Of a DNA stretch of 34,551 nucleotides, positions 8,683 to 17,270 are shown in pieces. Each line of letters starts with the position of its first letter. Positions within the stretch are counted from its first letter, which is position 1. The translations under genes were made by a program, and so were the position numbers. The notes below the pieces were generated by a model that saw only the letters and a list, made by a program, of their open reading frames with translations, made no database searches and was not told where the DNA came from. The stretch covers positions 1 through 34,551 of the forward strand of contig JBDSSU010000561.1 in the NCBI GenBank assembly GCA_039928635.1, in the 5' to 3' direction. The stretch is from Opitutaceae bacterium (lineage in GTDB: Bacteria > Verrucomicrobiota > Verrucomicrobiia > Opitutales > Opitutaceae).

Positions 8683-9648
8683 ATGAAAACGTTCCTTCTG
8701 GTCCTTCTCGCCTGCCTCGGCGTTGCGACCGCGCACGCCGCCGAAAAGAAAATCATCTTCCTGGCCGGACCACCCAGCCACCCCTCCGGCCAGCACGAAG
8801 CGCGCGCGGGATTGATGCTTTTCCAAAAATTGCTGGCGGATGTGCCGGGACTGAAAATCGAGGTGCACAACTTCGATCGGGCCTGGGTGGAAGACGAAAA
8901 AGTTTTCGACGACGCCACCGCCGTGGTCCTCTACAGCGATGGCGCCGGCGGACATCCGTTCCTGCGCCCCGGCCGGCTGGCCAAAATCGGCGCGCTCATG
9001 GCCAAGGGCGTGAGCCTCGGCCTCATTCACTACGCGGTCGAACCCACCAAAGAGCAGGGGCAGCCGGAGTTCATCGCGTGGACGGGTGGCGCCTTCGAGG
9101 GCTATTATTCCGTTAATCCGATTTTCGACGGCGAATTCAAAAGCCTGCCGACCCATCCGATCACGCGCGGCGTGAAGCCCTTCTCCGCCCGGGACGAGTG
9201 GTACTACCACATCCGTTTTCGGGAAAACATGGCGGGGGTCACGCCGATCCTCACGCTCGTTCCGCCGCTGACTTCGCTCAACCGGCCGAATCCGCCCAAA
9301 CCCGACGACGCCCCGCGCCTGCGCGAAGGGAATCCCAGTGTTTATGCCGCCGTGCTCAAACAAGAGCCGGAACCGGTGATGTGGGTCACGGAGCGGCCCG
9401 ACGGCGGACGCGGCTTCGGTTTTAGCGGTGGACACTTTCACGCGAACTGGGGCGGCGCCGATCAACGGAAACTCATGCTCAACGCGATTCTTTGGCTCGC
9501 GCGCCTGGAAGTCCCCGCGAATGGAGTCGAATCGATCGTCACGCCGGAAGATCTTCAGGCGAACCTCGACGTGAAAGCCGCACGCGGCCGCGGTGCACCA
9601 CCACCGCCAGCGAAAGCCACGTCCGCTCCCGGGCTCGAAAAGAAATAA
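8683..9648 (+). CDS. Secreted ThuA-domain protein
   Basis: The internal ATG at 8683 gives the signal peptide MKTFLLVLLACLGVATAHA/AEKK, whereas the ORF-track start at 8527 adds an Arg/Pro-rich extension. KKIIFLAGPPSH..AVVLYSDG..GLIHYAVEP..HPITRGV..DEWYYH fits the ThuA (trehalose utilisation, class-I glutamine-amidotransferase-like) fold. Confidence 0.85.
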   Translation: MKTFLLVLLACLGVATAHAAEKKIIFLAGPPSHPSGQHEARAGLMLFQKLLADVPGLKIEVHNFDRAWVEDEKVFDDATAVVLYSDGAGGHPFLRPGRLAKIGALMAKGVSLGLIHYAVEPTKEQGQPEFIAWTGGAFEGYYSVNPIFDGEFKSLPTHPITRGVKPFSARDEWYYHIRFRENMAGVTPILTLVPPLTSLNRPNPPKPDDAPRLREGNPSVYAAVLKQEPEPVMWVTERPDGGRGFGFSGGHFHANWGGADQRKLMLNAILWLARLEVPANGVESIVTPEDLQANLDVKAARGRGAPPPPAKATSAPGLEKK

Positions 9649-9701
9649 GAGCCGGCAAGCGCAACGGGTCTCCACCGCCACCAAGCGCCGCTTCGTTTCG
9701 T

Positions 9702-9735
9702 GAATAAAAATCCCCAGCTCCCCGGATTTTTATTC
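9702..9735. repeat. Perfect 12-bp inverted repeat with a 10-nt spacer (possible terminator or operator) in an AT-rich island
   Basis: GAATAAAAATCC (9702..9713), ccagctcccc, GGATTTTTATTC (9724..9735). It lies between the ThuA stop (9648) and the ECF sigma start (9806). The stem is AT-rich with the T-run inside it, so it is not a textbook intrinsic terminator. Confidence 0.35.
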
Positions 9736-9805
9736 CCTTCGCCCCGGCCGGGCGCCTTCGCCTCCCCCGTTTTTTCGGAGAGGCCTCCTGACCGTTACCA
9801 AGCCC

Positions 9806-10360
9806 ATGAATGATTTCGCGGTGGCATTCGACGGGATCAAACGCAGCGGACGCGCCGCGGAGGAATTGCTTCCCCTCGTATACGAGGAACTCCGGCGGCA
9901 CGCGGCGACCCGCCTCGCCCAAGAGTCGCCGGGCCAGACCTTGCAACCGACCGCGCTGGTGCACGAGGCGTGGTTGCGGATGTTTGGCGACGGCAACTGC
10001 CAGTGGGAAAACCGCGCGCATTTTTTCGGGGCCGCCTCAGAAGCCATGCGTCGGATCCTGATCGAAAATGCCCGGCGCAAATCGCGGCTCAAGCGGGGCG
10101 GCAACCCGCAACGCATCGGGCTCGACGACATCGAACTGGCCAGCGCGACGCCGAATGAAAAACTGATCCTGATCGACGAAGCGCTGCAACAGCTCAGGGA
10201 ACTCGACCCGGAGAAAGCCCAAGTGGTCGTCCAGAAATTCTTCGGCGGCCACACGAACGAAGAAGTGGCGGTGAGCCTGGGCGTGACGGAGCGCACCGTG
10301 CGACGCCACTGGGCGTACGCGAAAGCGTGGTTGTTCGCGAGCATCGTGGGGCAACCGTGA
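9806..10360 (+). CDS. ECF-type sigma factor (TIGR02999-like, the kinase-associated ECF group)
   Basis: LLPLVYEELRRHAATRLAQESPGQTLQPTALVHEAWLRM is the near-invariant N-terminal block of this ECF family. The region-4 HTH is EEVAVSLGVTERTVRRHWAYAKAWL. No anti-sigma gene follows; a Ser/Thr kinase does. Confidence 0.9.
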   Translation: MNDFAVAFDGIKRSGRAAEELLPLVYEELRRHAATRLAQESPGQTLQPTALVHEAWLRMFGDGNCQWENRAHFFGAASEAMRRILIENARRKSRLKRGGNPQRIGLDDIELASATPNEKLILIDEALQQLRELDPEKAQVVVQKFFGGHTNEEVAVSLGVTERTVRRHWAYAKAWLFASIVGQP

Positions 10361-10430
10361 GCAGGCGGGAGGGGCTTCGACGGTTTGCATGTCCGGTTTT
10401 CCACCGCCAGCGCGCATTAGGAGGCAACCG

Positions 10431-12650
10431 ATGAAACGCCCCGGCGCACCCTGCGAAGCGGATTTGTTCGATGTGGCGAGCAAGCTCGTGGATGACGAGC
10501 GCGAGGCGTTTCTCGAACGCGCGTGTGCCGGAGATGACGTGATGCGCCAACGACTGGAGACATTACTCTCGGTCGGACGGCGGGCGGACGAATTTTTCGA
10601 CGAAATTGGCGCGACTCTCAGTTTTTCCGGGTCGTTGGTGCCCCTCGTGAAAGAGGCCGCTCATGCCGCCGATCTCCTGGGCGAGGAGCCAATCGGAACC
10701 TGCATCGGCCGGTACAAGCTGCTGCAAAAAATCGGGACGGGGGGCTGCGGCGTGGTTTACCTCGCCGAACAGGAAGAGCCGGTGCGCCTTCGCGTCGCGC
10801 TCAAGATCATCCGGCTGGGAATGGAAACTCAAAGCGTGATCGCGCGCTTCGAAGCGGAGCGCCAGGCCCTCGCCATGATGGAGCATCCGAATATCGCGCG
10901 GGTGTTCGATGCCGGGGCGACGAAGCGGGGCCTGCCCTATTTCGTGATGGAGCTGGTGCGCGGGGTGCGAATCACCGACTACTGCGACCAAAATCAACTC
11001 GGCATCCGCGCCCGCCTCGATCTGTTCGTGCAGGTTTGTCACGCGATCCGGCACGCGCATCAAAAGGGCATCGTCCATGGCGACATCAAGCCATCGAACA
11101 TCATCATTTCGCTCCACGACGGCACACCGCTGCCCAAGGTGATCGACTTCGGAATCTCGAAGGCAACCGAAGCGCGCCTCACCGACCAGACGCTCTTCGA
11201 TGCGTCCTCCCCGCTCGTCGGACTCATCGGCACACCGGCCTACATGAGTCCGGAGCAGGCGCACCTGAACGGCATGGATGTCGATACGCGCAGCGACATC
11301 TACAGCCTGGGAGTCCTGCTGCATGAATTGCTCACGGGCAAAACGCCTTTCGACGCGAAGCAGTTGCTGCGGTCGGGCTCTGACGCGATCAGGCAAACCT
11401 TGAGGGAGATCACGCCACCGCTTCCCTCGCGCCAGCTGGGAGAGTTGCGTTCCGATGAACTGATCAAGATCGCCGAACGCCGGCAGAGCACTCCCGAGGC
11501 GCTCACCGCCCTGCTGCACCACGACCTCGATTGGGTGGTCGCCAAGGCGATGGAAAAAAACCGGGACCGCCGCTATGAGACCGCGAACGGGCTGGCGATG
11601 GACGTGCGGCGTTATCTCGAAAACGAGCCCGTGCTCGCCCGCCCGCCCGCCCGCCTTTACCGCTTTCGAAAACTGGTGCGCCGGAATCGAGCCGTGTTTG
11701 CCGCCGGCCTGGCGGTGGCCGCCGCACTGGTGGCTGGTTTCGGCACCTCGACCTGGCTCTTCGTCAAAGAACGTGCCGCCCGCCAGCGGGCGGTGGCCGC
11801 CGAGCACGAGGAAGCGCGCCTGCGCCACCAAGCCGAGAACCGGGAAAAGATCAGCGAGGCTGCCCTGCTCGTCCGGCAGGAAAAATACGAGGAATCAGAC
11901 GAGCTCTTGCAGCGCGTCGTGCTCTCGCAGCCCTCGGTCGAAGGGGCGGCGGTCCTGCGCGCCGTCGGGGGTTGGTATGCCATTCACGGCCGGTGGCGCC
12001 TGGCCGCGGATCGCTTCGCCCTGCTGCTGACCCTCAACCAGCGCGATGGCATGGATACTGCCACGCTGGACCAGTTGCGTTACGGACCGGCCTTGGTCGA
12101 GCTGGGTGATGGCGCCGCTTACGAGCGTTTTCGCGACGAGCTGATTACCCGTTATACGGGTAACTCCGGCCGGTTTGCCGCCGATCGGATCGTGAGAATC
12201 AGCCTGCTGCTGCCCGCCAGTCCACCGGTCCTCGATTCGCTGAATCCCCTGGCGACGGTCATGACCCGGTTGTTCACCGAAACCCACGCCGCGGGCGATG
12301 AGTTCTTGGCGGGATGGCAATCCCTCTCCGTGGCACTCTGGGAATATCGCCAGGGAAATTTCACCGGCGCGATGGTGTGGAGCCTGCGTTCGCTTTCGTA
12401 TCGCGACGCGGCGAACGCGCCCCGCCCCACCATGGCGCGGCTAATCCTGGCGATGGCGTACGCGCAGTTGGAAATGCCCGCGGAAGCGCTCATGGAATTC
12501 GAGCAGTCGCGCGAGACGATCGAGGCGAAATTCAAAACGCGCCTGGACCGCGGCACCCCGATCCAAGGTTTTTGGTTCGACTGGTCTTTTGCGCGCATCC
12601 TCCTCCGCGAAGCGACCGGAGTAGTCGTAACCCCTGCCATCCAGCCGTAA
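10431..12650 (+). CDS. Membrane Ser/Thr protein kinase with a ~290-aa extracytoplasmic helical (TPR-like) C-terminal domain
   Basis: ATG 10431 is preceded by AGGAGG (10418..10423). Hanks kinase motifs are GTGGCGVVY, VALKII, HGDIKPSN (11076..11084 encodes H-G-D), DFG and YMSPEQ. A single TM helix, AVFAAGLAVAAALVAGFGTSTWLFV, lies at about 11693..11765. The N-terminal LFDVASKLVDDEREAFLERACAGDDVMRQRLETLL block is typical of kinases paired with this ECF group. Confidence 0.9.
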   Translation: MKRPGAPCEADLFDVASKLVDDEREAFLERACAGDDVMRQRLETLLSVGRRADEFFDEIGATLSFSGSLVPLVKEAAHAADLLGEEPIGTCIGRYKLLQKIGTGGCGVVYLAEQEEPVRLRVALKIIRLGMETQSVIARFEAERQALAMMEHPNIARVFDAGATKRGLPYFVMELVRGVRITDYCDQNQLGIRARLDLFVQVCHAIRHAHQKGIVHGDIKPSNIIISLHDGTPLPKVIDFGISKATEARLTDQTLFDASSPLVGLIGTPAYMSPEQAHLNGMDVDTRSDIYSLGVLLHELLTGKTPFDAKQLLRSGSDAIRQTLREITPPLPSRQLGELRSDELIKIAERRQSTPEALTALLHHDLDWVVAKAMEKNRDRRYETANGLAMDVRRYLENEPVLARPPARLYRFRKLVRRNRAVFAAGLAVAAALVAGFGTSTWLFVKERAARQRAVAAEHEEARLRHQAENREKISEAALLVRQEKYEESDELLQRVVLSQPSVEGAAVLRAVGGWYAIHGRWRLAADRFALLLTLNQRDGMDTATLDQLRYGPALVELGDGAAYERFRDELITRYTGNSGRFAADRIVRISLLLPASPPVLDSLNPLATVMTRLFTETHAAGDEFLAGWQSLSVALWEYRQGNFTGAMVWSLRSLSYRDAANAPRPTMARLILAMAYAQLEMPAEALMEFEQSRETIEAKFKTRLDRGTPIQGFWFDWSFARILLREATGVVVTPAIQP

Positions 12651-12788
12651 CGCGAGCTCGTCCGGATTCCGACAGCGCCGGGATATTTCCGATTCCCTGT
12701 CCGGTTTCGGGCGGGGCTGGCGCATGTACCTGCAAGGCTGCTGGCGTGGTTACGTCGTGCGTCCAGTCGTCCCCCAATACCTACCCCT

Positions 12789-15700
12789 ATGATCACAAAT
12801 ACGCTCGCGCCGGTCGTCAGCTTGCTGAGGCCCTTTGTCCGAATCGCCGTGATTGCTCTGGCGGTGTTATCTCTGCCCGCTCGTGCGGCGGACGGTGGCA
12901 CCATCACCGGCAACGTAAACAACATCGCCACCCGCAAATCGCTGGAAGGCGCGAAAGTTGAAATTCCCCAGCTCGGTCTGACCACGTTGTCCGACAATCT
13001 CGGAGACTACGCCCTAACCAACGTCCCTGCGGGAACGCATGAAGTGGTCGTGACCTATCTTGGCCTCGACCCGGCCAAGTCGTCCTTAACGGTGACGGCC
13101 GGGCAGCGGGCGGTGCGGAATTTCGACCTCACTTCGAATGTTTACACCCTCGACACCTTCAAGGTCAGTGGTGAACGCGAAGGCAATGCGGCGATGATCA
13201 CCGAAAAAAAGAACGCGTCCAATATCAAGGACGTGATCGCCATGGATTCGTTCGGCAATTTGCCCAACATGAGCACGAGCGAAGTGGTGCGACTCCTGCC
13301 AGGAGTCACGGGCAGCCCGACTGACGAAGGTTTGAATGGTAACCTTAACATTCGCGGTATCGGTCCTGGCTCGAACACCGTCACGGTGGACGGCGGATCG
13401 ATCGCGAGCTACGGCAGCAGCCGCAACTTCGAGTTGCAGAGCATCAACACGTCGTTGTTCGAAGCCGTGGAAGTCATCAAGGGGCAGACCCCGGATAAAT
13501 CTGCCGATTCGCTCGGCGCAGCCATTAACTTTAAAACTGCTTCCACCCTCAAGATGCGCGAAGACCAGCGCACAATCTACAACGTCAGCTCGCGTTGGGC
13601 GCCACCGTTTTTGGAGCAGACTCCGACCCGCTCGGCTCACCGCTATCACCCGCTGTTTAACATCACGCATCAACGCGTGTTCGACGTTCTCGGCGGCAAG
13701 CGCAATCTCGGCGCCTCGTTGTCCGCCTTCTACTCGGAAAACCCCATCGGTGGTTTCGAGGGCCGCTTTAATCGAACCAATGGTGCCGTTGCCCCCATCT
13801 ACCAATACCGGAGTTGGGACAACACCAATAACCGCAAACAGCAGAGTCTCAGCGGGCGGCTCGACTTTGAATACTCACCGACCTCGAAGTTCTCCTTCAC
13901 GGTCACAGAGAATGAAAACATCGAGCATCTGCGGCGCCGAAATTATGTCCAACTAACCTCGGGCAATAACACTCAGGTGCCCGGCGTGGGCACGAGCCAG
14001 ATCTCGCCTCTCTCGACCAATGCAGTGACGATCGTTAATGCAGCGGCCAGCAACGCGGCTGAAGTGCGAATGGAAGGCCCCATTCACTACGATATTGCCA
14101 ATTTCAGCTCAGATTTCACCGGGTCGCACACGTACGACCGACTGACAATTGATTACTCATTTCGCATTTCGCGCTCCAAGATCAAGGCGCTTGCGGGACG
14201 AGGCGCCGTGCTGACCCTGCAGCTGTTTGATCCCACAAAGCAAACTGTGGGGCAGCCCGTTGTCTTCGGTGGCGCCGGCTGGATTATCGACCAGACCAAG
14301 GACGAAATTCATCCGACGGTCACGCAAAACGGCGGCCCGGATATTACCAATCCCTATAACTATATGCCGATCACCAACGGTCTTAGCGGTGGCCGCGACC
14401 AAGCTGTGCAAAGCCACCGCCAGTTCCGTCTAGACACACTCTACAAGGTTCCGGTCAGCATGCCTATGACGATCAAGACTGGTTATGCCTATCGCATGCA
14501 GGAGACTGCTCGGGAACAAAAAGACATGCGCCGGTGGACTTTTAACTCTCGGCTGCGCTACGATCCCAGTGTTGTAACCGGTCGGGTTCTGGACGAGCCC
14601 ACGTACGTCAGTCTGGATCGGCAAAAGTCGGGCTTGGCCATTCCTTTCTTCCAAACCATTGACGGCAACGTCAAGGAGGGCTTTCCGGCCAATCCCGCCC
14701 TTTGGACCGAGGACCGTTATGAGCATTATCGCGCTCAGTATGCCAATGAGCAGACCCTCAACGAGTACGTTCTTGGCTACTACACCCAGATCCAGGGTAA
14801 GTTCGGCCGGGACGGCTTTTTGAACCGCCTTGGTTACCTCGCGGGCATTCGGTGGGAGAACGTGCGCAATAAAGGCGTTGGCTACGTGATTGCCAAAACT
14901 TCCTTGCAGAGTTCAGCCGCCGAAAGGCTGGCCGATCCCGCAGCCGCTGCGGCCAAGGACTACAAAGACGGTCTGCGCGTGATTAACGGCAGTTATTGGC
15001 AAAACTTTCCCAGCGTACACACCTTCTATGATATCACGCCGAATCTGAAGGTCCGGGCTAGCTATTCCACCAGTTACGGTCGTCCGGGTACTGGCAACTT
15101 GTTCCCGGGTGAAACGATCGACGACACGAATCTACGGGTCACACGCAATAATCCCGACCTTAAGCCGAACCATGCAACGAACTGGGATACGACCCTCGAA
15201 TACTACTTCGAACCCGTCGGCAGCCTGACCGTCTCTTGGTTTCACAAGACCATTACCGACTATATCAACACTAACCAAGTCGTCGGCATGATTGCCTCCG
15301 GACAGGACAACGGTTTCGACGGCCAATACGGCGGATATGAACTCCGCACTTCATTGAACGGTGGCAGTCTCATCACGCAAGGCTGGGAATTCGGCTATAA
15401 CCAGCAGTTCACGTTTCTTCCCGGCGTCTTGAAGGGCCTGAGCGGCACTGCGAACTATACTTGGCTCGATACCCACGGCTACTCCACCGGCACCGTTTAT
15501 CAGAACAAGAACGAAATCGCCGGCTTCATCCCCAGTGTCTACAACCTCGGTTTGAACTGGCGCTACCGCAAATTCGGCCTCCGCGCCCAATACAACCATA
15601 CGTCGTCCTATATGACCGGTAATAACGCGAACCCGAACCTTCGGCAGTTTCGCTTCGCACTCAAAACGCTGCAAGGCGGGATCAGTTATCAATACAAGCC

Positions 15701-15839
15701 GGCGGTGAATTTCACCCTCGATGTCTCTAACGCGCTCGGTCACGACCAGCGTTGGTGGCAGGGCGACAAGGCGACCGGCGTCAACCGGATCGTCGACAAC
15801 TTCATTACTCTGACGGTTGGTATGAACGGACGGTTCTAA
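12789..15839 (+). CDS. TonB-dependent outer-membrane receptor with an N-terminal carboxypeptidase-regulatory-like domain
   Basis: Signal peptide ..VLSLPARA/ADGG. GTITGNVNN..GAKVEI..GDYALTNVPAGTHEVVVTYLG is a CarboxypepD_reg-like domain. Plug region is DTFKVSGERE..IKDVIAMDS..VRLLPGV. A long beta-barrel ends in the aromatic terminus ..TVGMNGRF. Confidence 0.9.
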   Translation: MITNTLAPVVSLLRPFVRIAVIALAVLSLPARAADGGTITGNVNNIATRKSLEGAKVEIPQLGLTTLSDNLGDYALTNVPAGTHEVVVTYLGLDPAKSSLTVTAGQRAVRNFDLTSNVYTLDTFKVSGEREGNAAMITEKKNASNIKDVIAMDSFGNLPNMSTSEVVRLLPGVTGSPTDEGLNGNLNIRGIGPGSNTVTVDGGSIASYGSSRNFELQSINTSLFEAVEVIKGQTPDKSADSLGAAINFKTASTLKMREDQRTIYNVSSRWAPPFLEQTPTRSAHRYHPLFNITHQRVFDVLGGKRNLGASLSAFYSENPIGGFEGRFNRTNGAVAPIYQYRSWDNTNNRKQQSLSGRLDFEYSPTSKFSFTVTENENIEHLRRRNYVQLTSGNNTQVPGVGTSQISPLSTNAVTIVNAAASNAAEVRMEGPIHYDIANFSSDFTGSHTYDRLTIDYSFRISRSKIKALAGRGAVLTLQLFDPTKQTVGQPVVFGGAGWIIDQTKDEIHPTVTQNGGPDITNPYNYMPITNGLSGGRDQAVQSHRQFRLDTLYKVPVSMPMTIKTGYAYRMQETAREQKDMRRWTFNSRLRYDPSVVTGRVLDEPTYVSLDRQKSGLAIPFFQTIDGNVKEGFPANPALWTEDRYEHYRAQYANEQTLNEYVLGYYTQIQGKFGRDGFLNRLGYLAGIRWENVRNKGVGYVIAKTSLQSSAAERLADPAAAAAKDYKDGLRVINGSYWQNFPSVHTFYDITPNLKVRASYSTSYGRPGTGNLFPGETIDDTNLRVTRNNPDLKPNHATNWDTTLEYYFEPVGSLTVSWFHKTITDYINTNQVVGMIASGQDNGFDGQYGGYELRTSLNGGSLITQGWEFGYNQQFTFLPGVLKGLSGTANYTWLDTHGYSTGTVYQNKNEIAGFIPSVYNLGLNWRYRKFGLRAQYNHTSSYMTGNNANPNLRQFRFALKTLQGGISYQYKPAVNFTLDVSNALGHDQRWWQGDKATGVNRIVDNFITLTVGMNGRF

Positions 15840-15867
15840 TCCAGCGCTGCCGTCTTTCACCGATCCC

Positions 15868-15899
15868 GGCGGAGCGCACTCGCGGCGCTCCGCCTTTTT
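15868..15899 (+). terminator. Rho-independent terminator after the receptor gene
   Basis: GGCGGAGCGC (15868..15877), a 7-nt loop, GCGCTCCGCC (15885..15894), then TTTTT (15895..15899). It begins 29 nt after the stop at 15839. Confidence 0.7.
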
Positions 15900-15971
15900 A
15901 CCGTAGCGGGCAGATTGGCCGGCTCCTGCTGAGCAGTCCGCCTCTTCCGTCCACGCCGCCCAAGTCTTCCC

Positions 15972-17270
15972 ATGAGAATTTTTCCCCACCTCATCTGCCC
16001 AACGGCGATTGCGCTTTTTTCGCTGGCCGCCTTGGCGCCTGCCCAGTCTCCCACGCCCTCGGCTGGATCCACCGTGGGCACCCCGCCCGCGCGAGCCCGC
16101 GCCGGAAATCCGGACTCCAACCCAAACCCCAACCGGCCGGTTTCGCCCGAGGTGAGCGCGGATCGCAGAATCACATTTCGGCTTCAGGCGCCCTCCGCGA
16201 TAAACGTCCGGCTTCTCGGCGACTTCACGGGCGAGAAATTGGCGATGACCAAAAATGACCAGGGCATTTGGTCGTACACCACGGAATCGCTGCCCGCCGG
16301 TTACTACCAATACTGGTACGAAATGGACGGCTTGGTGATGCCGGACCCGGTCAACACTCATGTCCGCCCCGCGTCGGCGGTGTACAAGAGTCAGGTGGAC
16401 ATCCCCGGCGAGGGCACCGCCTGGATGGATTTCCGCGACGTCCCTCATGGCGTGCTCAGCGAACATCTCTATCTGAACAAGGAAAACGCGACTGCCCGTC
16501 GCGTCGTCGTCTACACCCCGCCGGGCTACGGCACGAGCGGGAAGAATTACCCGGTGATTTACCTGCTGCACGGTAACGCCGACTTCGAGCGGGGATGGAC
16601 CCAGGCCGGTCGCGCCAATCTGATCATGGATAATCTGATCGCAGACGGGAAAGCGGTCCCGGCGATCATCGTGATGCCCTTTGGACACGACGTAAGTGGC
16701 GCGAGCGGAAAACTTCCCGAGCTGCGCGCCTTGCGGGCGACCCTTGGCTACACGCCGCCCGCGCCACGCACGCCGGCGAGCGCGAGTGCTCCGGGGGCGG
16801 CCCCGGCGGCAGGTCGCGGCGGATTCCCCGCCGATGCCGGCGCCAGCTTCATGGAAAAGGATCTGCTCGGTCTGGTGATTCCCCTTGTCGAGAAAGAATA
16901 TCGCGTGCTCAAGGGCCGCGAGCACCGCGCGATCTTTGGCTACTCGATGGGCGGAATTCAGGGGATGACCATCGGGCTCAATCATCCCGAGTTATTCAGC
17001 TACGTCGCCGGCATGAGCGGGTACGCCCGTGAAGCCGGGGTGAGCAAAGCCCTCTCCGACACCGCCAAAGCCAACCAGGAGTTCAAACTCGTTTGGATCG
17101 GCTGCGGCACCGCCGATGCCACGGCGTATAACGGCGGAGTGAACATGCACCGCATCTTTACGGAGAAAGGCCTGCGTCACGAATGGGTCGAATCTCCCGG
17201 GTACCGCCATGACTACCAAGTCTGGCGCATCTATCTGCGGGACCTTGCTCCCCGGCTTTTTCGCGAATGA
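15972..17270 (+). CDS. Secreted esterase (esterase D / CE1-like alpha/beta hydrolase) with an N-terminal E-set/CBM48-like domain
   Basis: Signal peptide MRIFPHLICPTAIALFSLAALAPAQS. The N-terminal beta-sandwich-like region is ITFRLQAPSAINVRLLGDF..GIWSYTTESLPAGYYQYWYEMDG. The esterase core has YPVIYLLHG, the nucleophile elbow GYSMGG, then CGTADA and YRHDYQVW. A Pro/Ala/Gly-rich low-complexity insert lies at about aa 255-290. Confidence 0.85.
   Translation: MRIFPHLICPTAIALFSLAALAPAQSPTPSAGSTVGTPPARARAGNPDSNPNPNRPVSPEVSADRRITFRLQAPSAINVRLLGDFTGEKLAMTKNDQGIWSYTTESLPAGYYQYWYEMDGLVMPDPVNTHVRPASAVYKSQVDIPGEGTAWMDFRDVPHGVLSEHLYLNKENATARRVVVYTPPGYGTSGKNYPVIYLLHGNADFERGWTQAGRANLIMDNLIADGKAVPAIIVMPFGHDVSGASGKLPELRALRATLGYTPPAPRTPASASAPGAAPAAGRGGFPADAGASFMEKDLLGLVIPLVEKEYRVLKGREHRAIFGYSMGGIQGMTIGLNHPELFSYVAGMSGYAREAGVSKALSDTAKANQEFKLVWIGCGTADATAYNGGVNMHRIFTEKGLRHEWVESPGYRHDYQVWRIYLRDLAPRLFRE

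Noticed and set aside
12651-12788. I searched for an ECF-type promoter (GGAAC-like -35 and CGTC-like -10) upstream of the first receptor gene, and likewise in 32866..33173 upstream of the second ThuA.
   Set aside because: I could not find a convincing motif with correct spacing by eye. Claiming one without a group-specific promoter model would be guesswork.
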